64,000 bases of DNA from Lama guanicoe (Eukaryota). Shown here piece by piece: positions 1 through 13,902 of this stretch (within the stretch, counting starts at the first letter, position 1; the number at the start of each line of letters is the position of its first letter). The stretch lies in the NCBI GenBank assembly GCA_013239625.1, contig MU057352.1, positions 27,172,764-27,236,763 on the forward strand, written 5' to 3'. Made by a program: the position numbers and the translations under genes. The notes below the pieces were generated by a model. That model did not search any database and was not told the DNA's origin. It was given only the letters and a program-made list of their open reading frames with translations.

Positions 1-159
1 GACCACACTTTCAGGATGTTTGCTTTGACATGCTGCCTTCTCTGCCCTCCAAATGGGTTAGGGTCCTTACTTTGGGGTACCCATGGCTTCCTGTGCTTCT
101 CTTCATTCATTTGGGGTTATTTATTATTCTTTCATTTAGCAAGAATTTACTAAGCACCA

Positions 160-280
160 GGCATCTCCTAGGTTTCCCCACTGTCCCACATGGGACAGTG
201 TATGGGTATAGGAGGCACTCAGTAATGACTCCTGAATAAATGAACAATTGAGTGAATGAGTGAATGAATGAATGAGTGAA
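160..280 (+). mobile_element. L2 LINE 3' end with (TGAA)n tail
   Basis: ACAGTG...TAGGAGGCACTCAGTAA...TGAATAAATGAA...(TGAA)n, typical L2 terminus. Confidence 0.7.
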
Positions 281-1898
281 GAAGCAGATAAATCCCTAAG
301 CATCAGTTGAGATGCGGCTGACTTACAACATAGCAGGAGCCTGTATCTGAGTGTTATGTATGTTACATCTTATTAAAGACTTGATAATCACCGTAATGCC
401 AACCTACACGTACACATGCACCAGCAGGGACTTAGAGTGTCCTTGTGCTCTACCGAAAGACATAGGAGGGAAATCTGTGAGTTACATTAAACGTGGAGCC
501 TTGCTCCCAGTTCAGCCCCGGGTCTCTGATGCCACAGCTTGGCACTTGTGGCTGCCTGTGAAGTCTGGTTAAAGCCTAAGACTTGCCTTGGAGCAAAGCA
601 TAATCCTGAACCAGTTTTTGCATTCATCTGCAGTTGGTTTATTTATATATATATTTGACCATTGCATGGGATTCCCAACCCCAAGGAGGAAGCTTGCAAG
701 CGCGGGCCAGCCTCAGTAGTTACTTTGACTCTCCTGTCTTTTGCTTTTCACGTGGGTCCTAAAATCCTTTTCTGAAACTCCACATCACAGCTTCCCTCCC
801 AATGGCCTGCTGTCTTGCATCTTCCTGTGTCTCTCCCGATTCCCCAGCCCTCCTGCAACTGCATCTCGTTCAGAACAAAAACTAAACTGTCAAAAATGAG
901 TGAAGTGCTATACATGGGAGAACAATCAGATATAATCCCCATTTTCAGGGGAGGCCCAGACAAGCCCCTATGCCTCTCTAAGATCACAAATGAGGAAACT
1001 GAGGCCCAGAGAGGTGGGCCCAGGGGTCACAAGGCTGGAGATCAGGGCTGTGGGAACGTGAGCTGAGTGCATCCAACTCCAGGCTCAGTGCTCTTCCTGC
1101 GACCAGGCTGACTCGCTCTCATTCCCATCCCAGCCCATTTCTCCCCCTTATTTCTCCCCATCCAACTGGCAGCCACCAGGTACCAACCAGGCCGTTAGCA
1201 GCAAACTGCTGGGCTTAAACCAGGAGACCTGGAGGCAAGAAAAATGTCCACTAATTCCAACCAGTGCACAGAAGACTAGGACAAATTCCAGTCAAATCAA
1301 TCACAGTTAGTTTTCACTTCTCCTGTTTTGGAGCCAGAAATCATTCCTTCTTTGCCCCTGTTAGCGCATCCGCCATCTGAAGTGCTTTTCTCCTGTGCAG
1401 TAACGTGCAATAAATCTTATAAGAGATTTTGTTCTCCAGTTTTCTTTCCTCTTGTGGTAGAACAGGGGACTGAAAGTGAAACTCGACATCGCACTTGGAG
1501 GAGCACAGCCTGTCTGCTTAATAAATCATAACTTTTCTCCTCTAAGCAAAAAAATGTTTAGCTGGATAATCATTAACACTGGGCCTGGATGAAAAATATG
1601 GCTGCACTTTCAAATTACAGGAATCTTTTCTCAGAGGCCTGTGGTCATGTCTTGTTCCAAACCAGGGTGGCTGGCTGCTAAGTGTGCCAAGCAAGGGGAG
1701 GCCGGTTGAGTCCAGCTGCGTGAGTTTAGGAAAACAGCCTTCCTCTGAGTCTTAGCTACTCACTGGTAAAATAGAACTTACACCTCTTCCAATGCTTTAT
1801 GGGGTTGGACTGCAAAGCAAGAGAATAAGAAACGTGAAATTGCTAAAATAATAATTATAAGGTAAGGCCAGCAGTAAGTATAGTGGAAGATACCATTT

Positions 1899-2002
1899 GG
1901 GGGGGTAGGTTTATTTTTTTTTAATGGAGGTACTGGGGATTGAACCCAGGACCTTGTGCATGCTAAGCATGTGCTCTACCACTGAGCTATATTCTCCTCT
2001 CT
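1899..2002 (-). mobile_element. tRNA-derived SINE (Vic-1-like, camelid)
   Basis: Reverse complement has A-box TAGCTCAGTGGTAGAG and B-box GGTTCAATCCC; TSD TGGAAGATACCATTT (1884-1898) / TGGATGATACCATTT (2003-2017). Confidence 0.9.
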
Positions 2003-4159
2003 TGGATGATACCATTTTTAAGTGCTTACTAACACTTTTTCAAATTAAGCTCTTTGTACCAAAAAGCTCAGTTAATCCTCACAACGGTCGTGAGATATGT
2101 GCACTATTATTTGCATCACTTGCGGATGAGTAAGTGGAGGGTTGCAGAGATTAAATGATCATAGTAAAGAGTGCAGCCTGAGTGAGAAACAAAATTCCTA
2201 AGTGGGCTCTTTTGAAGCCCAGGGCTAACACAGTTCACTTCAACAGCATTTACAGAGCCTCTTCTGTGCTGTGCGAGCATGTCTTCTGCCCTGGCGGGGA
2301 CAGCAGTACACTCTTGGGCTCTATTCGTAAGAAGCCCCTGTGTGAGGAAGGGGACGCAGGCATACCAGTAAGAACCACGCCACTCTGTACCCAGTGGGAG
2401 ATGGCACATATCCACGTGGGTGGTTTCTCAATCCAAACTCCTAACCAGCACAAGACGATCATGGAGAGTGAGGTCTAGAACTGAGGCTGTCAGGAGAGAT
2501 CAGTTTGCAGAGGGGACGGGTGACCCAGAAGCAGGAAGGTGCAGGGGCAGAATCAGAAGATGATGGTGAGATGCCCTAGAAAAGCCTGGTGTCAGTGTTA
2601 GGACGTCCAGAGCCGGGCTGCTGGCCAGGCTGTGGGATGACAGTGGGGTAGGGGGCAGGAATTCTGGGTGTGGGAACCAGGGATGACAGGGCTGATGCCG
2701 AGAACAGAGGAAGCTGAGGGGGCAGCCCCGACAGCCCCTTTGGGGTGCTGCTGTACCCCCACCCCACCCCTCACGGCCCAGGGACTGAGGAAGCCAGCCC
2801 TGCGGGTCTGAAGAAGAAACCCGGACAGCAAGCAGGTGTCCTCAACAGGCTGGGAAAGCTGTTCTTGAATGGGCACCCTCCCTCTCTGAAAGGGGTCCTG
2901 AGAATGAGTGGATTTCTGAATTTGGAGCCCAAATGCTGAGTTCTAGCTGCTCTGCCGGGGACATGTTATCATCAACAGCAGCTGCTGTGCGCTGAGTCTG
3001 GACAACGCTAATGTTCCCTGCACATGATTTCATTCAATCTGCACAGCCGGCCTCTGAGGGTGGTGGTCTCGAGCCCACTTCACAGATGTGGAAACTGAGG
3101 CTCTGAAAGAGTTATATCACTTGCCCCAGGCCATGCACTTAGAAATTGGCAGAGGTGTGATTCAAAGCCGGGGCTTTCTTTCTCTTCCCTATCCAGCCTG
3201 AGTGGGCTCTAGAAGGATGTGCCCCCGTCTCAGGACCACAAGGGGAGGGACAGTGGGGCTCACTGGTCTGTCCTGCTGCGGCCGTGGTCATCCACGGCTC
3301 CCCAGTTCTCTCAGTGACCAGACTGGGAATCTCCAGGTGGCTTTCAATGTCTAATCTCTCAGCATCCGAGTACCAACAGCTCTCAAACCCCAGAGAGATA
3401 AAGTCACAGTCCTTCTCACCCTGGAGCAATGCAGAGACTCCCCTGTGGGCTACCTCTGAGATGCTAGGCCTCTGCCTCCCACCCGCTGCACACTCCACTC
3501 GTTGGTTTGCCTGAAATGTGGGTCTGGCTAAGTCTCGTTCTGCACACAGGGAAAGTCACTGTGATCAGACCTCATGACTGAAAGAAGGCAGGGCGGTTAG
3601 GATCCACCCGGGTGGCACCTGGATATTTTCCTCTCTTGCTCCTGCCACCAATCGCACGCTGGGGATGTGCCCCTGCTTTGTCTGTGGGTTCCCCCCTGGA
3701 ACCGCCCCCTGTGTACTGTCTCTCCCATCCTCCCACTCGTCTTCCAGCTTGAAGACCGTCTGCTCTCCAGATCTTTCTCCTACACCCCGCTCCTGCTTGA
3801 TTCATCCCAAATCACAGCTGGAAAGCTGGGTGGTGGTGTCCCCAGAGCACACGTGGGGAAACGGAGGCCCAAGAGATAACGCAAAGTGGCCCGTGCTTCG
3901 CCCTGACCCTTGCTGACCCCTCCGCCTCTGAGGCCTCCAGGACACGAGGTGCCCCCTTGGCCTTCCTTGTTGGGCACCTGGATTTGCCTTCAGAGGAGGG
4001 AGATGCTGGCAGGTTGGGCGGCCTCCCCGGGGCCTGATGGGCACTGTTGCATGTCTGCTGGAACCGGGAGGAATCGTGAAACACGTAAGGGCTTTTTTTA
4101 GGCAACCACAGCCTAACTAAGGAGGCATCACTAGGTACTTTTGGACAAGATTTTGTGGA

Positions 4160-4250
4160 TGAAGGGAAATAAGGGAGGAAGAAGAAAATAAAAAAGGGAC
4201 AGAGGGAAGGAAGGAAGGAAAGAAAGAAGGAGGGAAAGGAGGGAAGAAAA
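4160..4250. repeat. (GGAA)n-like polypurine low-complexity tract
   Basis: GGAAGGAAGGAAGGAAAGAAAGAAGGAGGGAAAGGAGGGAAG. Confidence 0.85.
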
Positions 4251-5149
4251 CCTGTACTGAAAATGAAAACCTTGGGCAGGAGGCCACACTGGCATCATGC
4301 AGAGGCTGTCTGCGGTGAATGTGACCAGAGTGCCACCTTTAACTGTCCTGTTTATAGCCTTTTCAAGTATGGTTTAGTGAAGGAGTTTAGTATGGTTCAG
4401 TAGCGATGTCTCCTGGGCAGAAACTCAGAAAGGATGGAAGGGCAGAGAGACAGAAGGGCACAAAAATGCATGCAGACTTGCTGAGTGAGGGTCTAAAAGA
4501 GACTGTGTGTTTGAGGGTGTTTGTGGGACAGAGGTGTACACGATGGGGATCATGAGCACAGGGGACCTGGGCAGCGGTTCATCTAGGAGACCTGGCACCG
4601 GGGTCCACGCACTGGAAGTTCGTCTGTAGGACAGACTGAGCTGCCCGAGTCGGGCAGGAAAGCCCACAGTGAAAGCAGGCCATGGCAGCCTTGAACATGG
4701 GGCTGGCTTCTCACTGAGGCTCCGCCTGCTAAGGTTGAGGAATCACACCAGTCAGTCCTCCAGCTGAGCTGTCTTAGCGATGAAAAACCGGGCAGGGAAT
4801 GTCTAAAATATCACATCCCAAGTCTCAGGTGGACTGTGTCTACCACTGGTGTCCAGGGGCCACACTGTACCTTCTCAAGCCCAGGGAACTTTCCCGGCCT
4901 TAAATGTAGACAGCTCCAGAGACCCTCACCCTACCACCTCCTCTAGGAAGCCCTCCAGGGTTGGAAGCTCTGTGTGAGGAAGAGCTTTCTAGTCCACAGA
5001 GGTGCCCGAAAGTCAAAAGGCCACTGTGTGGGGCACGGATCCGGTTCTCACTGGCAGCATTCAAGCAGATGCAGGGTAACAACACGCTAGAGTCAAAGAG
5101 ACGAAACCTAACTCGTGAGAGGCTGAGCAAGGGATTTCTAAACTTGAAA

Positions 5150-5355
5150 GATGATGATCATAGCACGTACTCAGCAAGCACTGATACGGGAGGCACTCTG
5201 CAGGGCCCTGTTCTAAACACGCTCCAAATATTAACTCACTTAGACTCCACCAGGAGGTAGGTACTATTACTATCCATATTTTATAGATGAGGCAATGGAG
5301 GCACAGAGAGCTTATGTAACTCGCTCACGGTCACACAGCAAGGAAGTGGCAAAGC
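5150..5355 (-). mobile_element. MIR SINE
   Basis: GAGGTAGGTACTATTAC...ATTTTATAGATGAGGCAATGGAGGCACAGAGAG...GGTCACACAGC. Confidence 0.8.
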
Positions 5356-6759
5356 AAGGGACTGTATTGAGTGAAGCAACGAATGACTCAGTAGATGGAT
5401 ATTTGAAGTCTTGGAGGAGAGGAAGGCTGAACAAGGGCACAGCTAAGGATCTTTGCAAATGCTGGGATTTTACAGTGCTTTCCGATTTCATGCTCTTTTA
5501 CACGTGCTGCCTCTGTAACTTGTTATCATTCAGCCAACGCACACACAGCTTCCTCTCAGCCCCTCCTATAACGGTCACAGCTTATGACACCACGGCTCGC
5601 ACGCAGAGAAAAAGAGAAAATCCCTTTACTCCACCCCAGGGGCAGGTCCCTGACGATGCAGAGGCATTCCGATATTCAAAACTGTCCCCAAAGCCAGTAC
5701 GTCTTGTTCTCCTTGTTTGGATGTTTGGTATTGTATAGGCATCAGCTTAATTTATACAATCTTGTAGTTCATGGATGATTTTTGCTTAGTTCAGTTTGTT
5801 TCCTGTCATAGGTTTGAGACAGAAAAATAGAAGCAGCATTTACACTGGAGCCAGTTCTTCAAACCATTCTGAAAGGCATGCCTTTGGCTTGAAATTTCTC
5901 CTAGGTGGTGGTGCACAGCCTGCCTTCTCACCTCTCCTTTTCGTTTTAATTTCCTTTTTTTGCTGAAAGACTGACGTTTAAAATTTAAAGAATATGCTTT
6001 AGAAACAACCAATTAAGACATTCTTGTTTGCGGCAGCTAATGTTTCCCAAGCAACAGTCTTTATTCAACAAACTCTCCACCAGGTGGTAGGATTAACAGG
6101 GTTTTCAAGAAACAGGAAGAACAACACAGCTTTCTCTCCATTGTGAAGATGTTATTAAGAGGGAATTTTTGGATGCTGCAACAGCGACTTTTACTGCTCA
6201 TTTTTCTTGAAGCAGACTGCCCCAGAGACACCTGTCTAGGGATCTGGTAGGTGTCCAAGCCTGATGACACACTTTATACTAAGCTTCCAGCTCACAGTCC
6301 TTCCTCAATCCCCAGGCACCATGGAGCTCTCTGAATTGCATCTATGCAGATGAGCCAAAGGATGAGAGCTTGCAGTCAGCAAGGCAGGGATGCACGTGTT
6401 GATCTGAGAATCCAGCCAGACGACCACGGGCTGAATACACCCATCCAACCAGCCCCAAACAGTGAATCGGGGACAAGGCCTGGAATCTGAGCCTTTGGCC
6501 AATAGCATGGGGAGAAAAATTAAAACCTCCTTCCAAAAAGGATGTTACAGAACTTGGGTCCATTTGTACCACGCATCAGGTTGGATGGCACACCTCCTGG
6601 GCTACTTGGGGACAGACACCCAGTGTAATGTGTTTGACAGCTGCACCTCTTAGGGAGGCTGCCCCACCCTTCCCGGTTCCCCTGATCTAGAGACACAGGG
6701 TCATCCTGACAATTACACAGCACACGGCCTGAGATCTCTGGCTTCGGGCAGAAATGGGA

Positions 6760-6925
6760 CAGTTATGAATTCTGGTTCTGCCACTTTCTAGCCAGCTGTG
6801 TGACCTTGGGCAAGTGGTTTACCTTCCCTGAGCCTGTTTCCACATTTGTAAAATGGGATTAGTTTTTTTTTTTAAAAAAAAAAGTACAAACAGTGACTTT
6901 ACAGGGCTGTTGTAAAGACTAGGGA
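6760..6925 (+). mobile_element. MIR SINE
   Basis: GCTGTGTGACCTTGGGCAAGTGGTTTACCTTCCCTGAGCCTGTTTCC...TGTAAAATGGG. Confidence 0.8.
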
Positions 6926-8879
6926 TCTAATAATTAACTCTAATGAGGGAAAGTGTACACCCTGGCCCAGTGGAGGTGGAGGTGCTGATGGGCACAAGGA
7001 AGCCCAGAGAGCAGGCTCCACAGGTAAACTCTCGGGTTTACTAGAAAATCCATCAACTGAAACCTTCAAAAACCGTCAACTGTAGCCTTTAAAGTCCTGC
7101 TCAAGCACAGAGCACACACTGTAACCCCTCTGCTCACGGACAGTTAATCACTTCACCTCCTCCCCCCAAACGTGCGGGCATCTTCCCTGCTCCCGGAGGG
7201 TCTGCAGGCTGTTCCTCTCCTCTCTCCTTTCTCACAAACCCCGTTCCTGCCTTTGTTCTCTGACTTCGACTCCATGTCCTGGCTGACTTTCTGTCTTATG
7301 AGAGAAAATGATTTACAAGGCAAAAAACGAAATATCAGGGAAATTCCCGAGTGAAACATCTGACTCGTTGGTTGATGGCTCCTCTCCGGAGGTGCCACTA
7401 TGACCTGCCTACCGGGGTCTAGGACGCCTGCCCCCCAGCAAGTCTCCCCCGGAGGGCGGCTTGCTAATGCTCAGGCTGGTTCTCGGTCAGGTCTGCTTCT
7501 GGCTGCGGTCCCTCCGCACCTACTTCACACGAACCGTGAAGGGCAGTCGTGGTCGTGGTTTGCGAGGTGCTGTGCTGTGTTAGGTTGTGCTGTGCTGCGT
7601 CATGTTGTCACAGTGATAAAGTTCTGGCTTCCTAAGTTGACGCTAGGATCTAAGGAGGAGGCTGAGACTTAGTTTATGCGTTTTTTTGGCCTCCGTTCTC
7701 AGACTCAACCAAGCAGATGGAGGGAGCAGGGGGTGAGGTGGAGACAGCAAGACCCTGAGGGGCTGGGATGCAGGGAGGTGGCTCCACCAGGGTCAGAGGC
7801 CCTTTCCTGAGCAAGTGCCGGGTGTGGACCAGATCACCTGACTGAGCGTCAGCTGCCTCACTTGTACAGTTCAGGACGGGAAGGGTGGATGGAGGGGGTT
7901 CTTAGGGGTGAGCGGAGGCAGAAGATGTGATGGGGCTGCGAGGTGGCTGGAAGTGTGGGCTGCTTCCTTCCTCAGGAGTTACCAACTTTACATAAAGGTA
8001 ATTCTAGGCACTGCAGGGGAGACCTGTGACCTCTGCAAAATGGGAGGACCCCCAACCTAGTATAGCACATGGAGGAGTCACACTGAGGTCCAAACAGGGT
8101 CAGAGCTGCAGATGCCAATGGCTGTGTGTACTGAGGCGGGTTTCAGAGGGTATTTTAGCTCTCAGACCGCTGAGAGTTCCCCGGGGCTCTAGGCAAACGA
8201 CAGGGAGAGAGAATGCAGCCCTTCATTACTCGGCCAAATTCAGGGGATTGATTCTGGGCTCCAGTCTAGTCTTCCAAGGAAAGACATTTTTGGTTTTTTT
8301 TTTTTTTTAATTTTCTATCCTTTCCACTGAGCCTTTTATTTCTGAAAAGGTACATGCCCAATTAGACGGATTTTCGTCTTTTATGTGGAGTTGTTTTAGG
8401 CTTTTGGAGCATGAAACAATATTTTGGAGTCATTCCACTCTCTCAGTGAGAGAAGTAGCTGGGTTTGCTTTGGTCGTGTTTTTTTGGTTGGGTTTTTCTC
8501 AAGAGCTCTCTGCTAAGTAAATATGCATGAAGGGAATTTTTAGTCACTCTGGTCTGTTAGTTCAGTATGAATTCAAATGGATTTTTTTTAATGCAGCAAA
8601 ATCTATCACAATGATAACTATGTAGGTTTGATTTTTTTTAAGGTATCTGGTGAAAGTCAGAGAAAGTATTTTCTTGTCACATCCAAGTGTGGACCTCCCA
8701 GAAGTCATTTGCAACCTCTTTTTTTAATGCTGACAAATAATTTGGAACTAATGTTCTTTTCTTCTCAATTTCTCTGCATTACTGCAAATGATTTTTAATT
8801 TGTATTTTATATTCTCCTAAGGGTTCCAGAATCAGACCTAATTAGATAGCTTTTAAGTATTTTAGAGAATAACTATGTT

Positions 8880-8975
8880 TATATATATATATATACACAC
8901 ACACATATATACACACACACATATATACACACACACATACATACACACAGATAGTCACACAGACACACACATATG
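8880..8975. repeat. Compound (TA)n/(CA)n microsatellite
   Basis: Directly visible alternating TA and CA blocks. Confidence 0.95.
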
Positions 8976-9191
8976 TAGAGGCAAAAGAAATGGTCTAAAC
9001 ATCTCCAGATGTTCTTAGAAGGAAAAACCCCTTAACATAAGACTATTCAAATAGGATTCTTTGATAATTGAATATTGAATAGGCTAAAAGGATGTGGTGG
9101 AGCTCAGCCCACCCCTATACCAACATGTCTGAATCTTGACCTATTCAGGAATAAAAGCTAAAATTTGTCAGGTGACTCTTGCATATCTTTC

Positions 9192-9298
9192 TTTTTTTAA
9201 TTAAAAAAATAACATTTTTTAGTGGAGGTGCTGGGGATTGAACCAAGGGCTTCGTGCATGCTAAGCATGCGCTCTACCCCTGAGCTGCACCCACCCCT
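9192..9298 (-). mobile_element. tRNA-derived SINE (Vic-1-like)
   Basis: Same A/B-box body and A-rich tail; TSD CTCTTGCATATCTTTC (9176-9191) / CTCTTGTGTATCTTTC (9299-9314). Confidence 0.9.
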
Positions 9299-9619
9299 CT
9301 CTTGTGTATCTTTCACATCAACTGTCCAAAACACCATCGCCTGGACAAAGGAGGAAACGGAGACACAGAAAAGGTAAGTAATTTGATCACCTGGTGATAA
9401 ACCTGGGAATGAAACCTTAATACTTGGGTTATTCTGTTTCTCTCAAGATGCTACTAAAAATAGTATAAGGATTTCATAACATCTGACACCCGACGCACTT
9501 GTATTAGTGTGGACAGAGCATGACAGGTTCAAACTCGGGCTTCCACCGGCCGTGCAGCCTTGGGCGAGGAGTTCCTCTTCCGCCTCCAGCTTCCTCCCTG
9601 TCCTCTGGGATTCCTGTGT

Positions 9620-10065
9620 CATCACAGAAGATGACAGGCTTTTATTTGCTCCCCTCCAGGCCTGCTCCCGGCTGTCTCCATCCTGTCTTGACCTTGAGAG
9701 GCTCCAACAAGGAAGCCCTTGACCTCTGGCTGCTGGGTGGGCTCAGCTCTTGGCACAGGGATTGTGGGGGCAGGCAGAACCAAGCGGGTGGCAGAGTGTA
9801 TCCTCCTGGCCCTCTCCTGCCAGGGGTCAGGGAGGCCCTTTCTAAAAACTAAGTGTATCAGCTCCTAATGCCACCCTTTCCTGGTTCCCCTCCTCCACGC
9901 CTCCCTTTGCCTTTTCTTGGGGGATGGCAGTGGTGGGGCGTGGTCACTGGGCCCAGGTACTGTCACATCCCATGCTGATTTATCTAAATACCACTCCCAG
10001 CTCTGTAAACACTCTCTCTTAAACTCTCCACTCAGCTTGAGTTCATATGTTTTCTACTGGAATAC
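9620..10065 (+). mobile_element. Old ERVL LTR (LTR33-like)
   Basis: CCCTTGACCTCTGGCTGCTGGGTGGGCTCAGC...CTGTAAACACTCTCTCTTAAACTCTCC...GAATACA. Confidence 0.55.
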
Positions 10066-13000
10066 AGAAGGATCTGAAGTTTAAAATACTTGCCACAATA
10101 CTGGGCACACGCTAACCATATAATAAAAAGTAAATGCTGCTTAATTTATAAGCAGTAAGGCCTGTTCACATGCCCCATCCTGTCTTGGGGGATTTATATT
10201 GCCATCTAGTTGAGGAAATGGAAACTCGGGTTAAGTGATGTACCCAAGGTCACGGGGCAGGAGCAGGACCAGGACCCAGGAGGTCCCCCTGCCCGGAGGA
10301 AATATCCTGACATCAGAGCCACCTCATTGCCCCAGTGCTGACCACGACAGAGTCCACTCCAGGACCTTCAGCCTCCACATATGCCACGCCCCCTGCTGAC
10401 CAGCCAAGCCACACAGGAGGAACTCAGGGCAGAGAGCATCTCCCTCCCCCAGCCCAGGTGTCCCTGCTCCTGGTACCTCTCTGGGTCATGCCCTAGGAGA
10501 AAAGAAACTTTAAAACTTCATACAACTTGCAGGAAGGAGAAAAGAATGTTACTACTCCAACCCAACCATTCTGCCTCGCTCCTGCCAGGGTGGGTTATTA
10601 ACCAACCATGTACCATTAAAACCAGCCTTGTGTTTCACGTGTTTTTCCAAGAGCTTTCCAAAACTTAACACCTGCAGTCAACCCTTCTAGTCTCACATGC
10701 TCTGTCCGGCCAGCACATCCTCTTATAACCCTCTGGAACCAGACTCTTAAGTGGGATCCCAGGAGGCTCCAGGAGCATGGTCCCAGGTGCAGTCCTCTCT
10801 CACATACACTCTAATTTCATCCTCACAGGGGCCCACATCCTGAGGGACAACTGCCCACTGTATCTTGAATCTGGCCCATAAGGGGTGCAGCGCTTGCCCG
10901 AGCTCACACAGCTGGACCACGGCGGCACTTCCGACCCCACACCACCTGCCACTGAATCGCACTCTCCCAAATCAGCTATTTCAATCGGAGCTGAAGTATA
11001 AGGACAAGTACTAAAGACAAAGCATTGAATTTTATTTTTTTGAAACCAAAGCAAAGCAGCCACTCTCATTTTTTCCATGCCATCACTCTGAAGCCCAGAG
11101 CCCTCAGAGGATCGCAGAGTTCAGGGACCTGCACTCTGGCTGAGTGACAATGATGAATCCCACAGAAGCAAACCGGAGAGCAGGATGTAGTACAGGAACC
11201 GGAGGCCAAAGCACCAAACCCCTAAAATCCCCAGTTCCCTCACCTCTGCAGAACCATGCACAAGAGACCTACAGCCAATCTGTTCTTTTACTTTATTTTT
11301 CTTGCACGCAGACCACTTTGATTAGACATCAATTCTACGCATTCAAGAAAAGAACTTTGCTCTCCTGCAGTCTGACTGATGTCTAGAAGAATTCCCCAAG
11401 TTACCCAGGGGCTGTTTCCTCAACGGACCCTTCTGTGGGTCCCCCAAGGCAGAGGAATCCATTCTCTCCCCTGTCCCAACCCTGCCTGAGCACATGCATG
11501 TTTCTGCTTTAGTGCAAACAGCACTGTAGGGTAACTGTACGTCCACACGCACCTCCCCATGACACCATGACCTCTGGGGGTGGGGGACGCAGACCAAATA
11601 CGTGTCCTTCCATCTCTACACTTCCAGCACCTTGCATGGTGCCTGGAACAGAAGAGTTTCCTAATAAATGTTGATTCAACCATAATCTAAACCATCCAAC
11701 CAACAATTCCACCTAAAGAAATGAGAGAACCCCAGGCTTTGCCGGTCTCCAATAAAGAAACAGAGACAGAAGCGTATGGAACAGAGTGGGCTTGGGAGGG
11801 AAAACCTGGAGGACTAATTAATCTATTTAAAGCTTGAGACTAGCCAGCATTCTAGATCAGCTCTGTCACCAAAGGTCCCTGTGACTTCTCCACCAGGCCT
11901 CAGGATTTGTGAGTAAAATGAAAGAGTTGTACAAAATTTCTAAAAACATCTTCTCAGCTCTTACCGTGGGGACCTCCTGGAGAGGTCGCCATGGTTCCTA
12001 TCTGCAGTAGGCATCTTCGGGGCGTCCTCACAGAGGTCACCTCAACTCTGTCAGGTTTCAGACCCCAGAGGCTGACACTTCTGGGCCCCGTCTCCATAGC
12101 CAGGCGGAAATTTCTGGAGAACGACCTGGCTGACTGAGCGTGGGCTCCTCAAGGTTCCGTGAGTGAGAGTAACCCCGGGGTGGGGTGGGCTGTCTGTGAT
12201 GCTGGGGTGTCGTCTGGACAGTTCTGAGGATGGAACTGGAGGCAAAGCAAATGTGGGGAGGGCGCGGGGGTGGGGGCGGCTGTCTTCACAAAGAAAGCCT
12301 CTAAGGGCCCCAAGGGGGACACAGGCAGAATTCCAAGCCCCTCATTTCACAGAGAGTGAAACTGAGACCCAGAGCCTGAAACAATTTGGGTGCCAAGTGG
12401 CCAAGCAATTAAATGCTGGCCCCGGAGCTAGAACACAAGCTCTCGCCAGGGTCCAAGGCTGGGCTCCTGGAACCAGATTAGAGCAGGAGAGAGCGCCCAG
12501 ATCCTCTGGTCTGCGAGGAGGCACTGAAGGTTCCACATGGTTTTGCAATGCAACCAAGTGTATGAAAGCCTTACTGGAGAATAATTCTTTGTGACCAGGC
12601 CAGCTCTTCCACCCGCCTGTGGCATGTGTGTGCAGATATGCACGTAGGACTCCCTGGGAAGTGGTCTCAGGATGAGATGACTGGTGGATTTTATTTCTCC
12701 CTTTCTTGGATGTTTTTTGTGGTGTGAGAGGGGGCCCAGGAGAAGGTTAAGGTTTAGATCCTATAAGGCAAAGTCTTGTCCAAATAAAACTCCTTTGGTC
12801 AGCAGCCTGCTACGCAGCAATGGACTCAGGCAAGGTTAACTGACCAGAAGATGAAAAGAGGCCCCTTCCTGAGGGGCTGCCCACAGCTTACCTCCAGGGG
12901 ACGCTCCTGGGGCTGGTGATGGAGCGGGAGGCTGGAGACTCAACTGGCACAAAGCCCCATGCACTCCTGAGGCCCCAGGACCTCCAAAGGACCCTCACTG

Positions 13001-13902
13001 CCAGACCCACAGATGAACCCACCCCACCAAAACTGGAGCACAAAGGCTCTGGTGGTCAGTTCCGGGAAGGTCCCCGACTTCAGCAGAGGTGCTGGCCAGC
13101 CCAACCCCGGAGTGCCCGGCCTTTGCCCCCAAGTGGAAACACAGTCTTGAGGTCAGCAGGAGGCTGCTTACATGCTAACTGGTGCCTGCTGAAGCCGAGC
13201 TTAAAGGATGAGAACCCGCACCCCCTTAAGAAACCCTCGGCTATCACTTCAGGCCACACTTCCTGTTTCCTTCCTCTTAGCCCAGGGCTCCAAGGAGGTG
13301 CTGCCCCCGCCAGTGGAGCAAAATTGAAGGAAGAAACTGCTGGGGCCCAGGCCCTGGCCTTGTCCCAGCTGTAAACCTGGACAGTAGATAGGGGCCTAGT
13401 AAAACTCAGAGATAGCAAGTTCCAGCCCATGCAGCGTTGTTCAAAGGTTGGCGAAGGAGCTCCCTACTTATTCTGATATTTATTCAGCAAAATACATTTT
13501 TTTATGTAATGAAATTTCTCTCCACATATACGGTGTGTGACAATATGTGCGTATATACACATATGGTCACATACACACAATTTATACAGTATTTATTTTG
13601 TGTAAAATATTTGTAATGTTGTAGTAATGACACCATCTTACACATATGGAAACAGACTCGGAGAGATTTCATCTCACTCCAAAGTCAGAGAGAGATGATG
13701 GGAGACTAGAAAGGCTCCCCACTCTGCCCCCAGACCTGGGCATGTCACGGTGAATTCGGGTCGGTCTTTTCAGCCAACCGCAGGATTTCAGAAAACGGGC
13801 GGGCCATTGTTTTGGGGAGGAGGAATCAGAAGTGTGAGGAGGGCAGTGAGCGACCCCTAAGCACCCAGCCGCTGGTGCCTCTTCCCCGCGTAGGAATCAA
13901 GC

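Noticed and set aside
1899-2002. tRNA-like sequences here and at 9192, 21845, 43051, 60524
   Set aside because: They have SINE tails and target-site duplications and lack an intact acceptor stem; they are retroposed SINEs, not tRNA genes.
6077-6090. CCACCAGGTGGTAG as a CTCF site
   Set aside because: Mismatch at the highly conserved C of GGC and no upstream module; too weak without data.
6863-6883. T11-A10 palindrome as a terminator or hairpin
   Set aside because: Simple homopolymer expansion inside a MIR; no reason to infer function.
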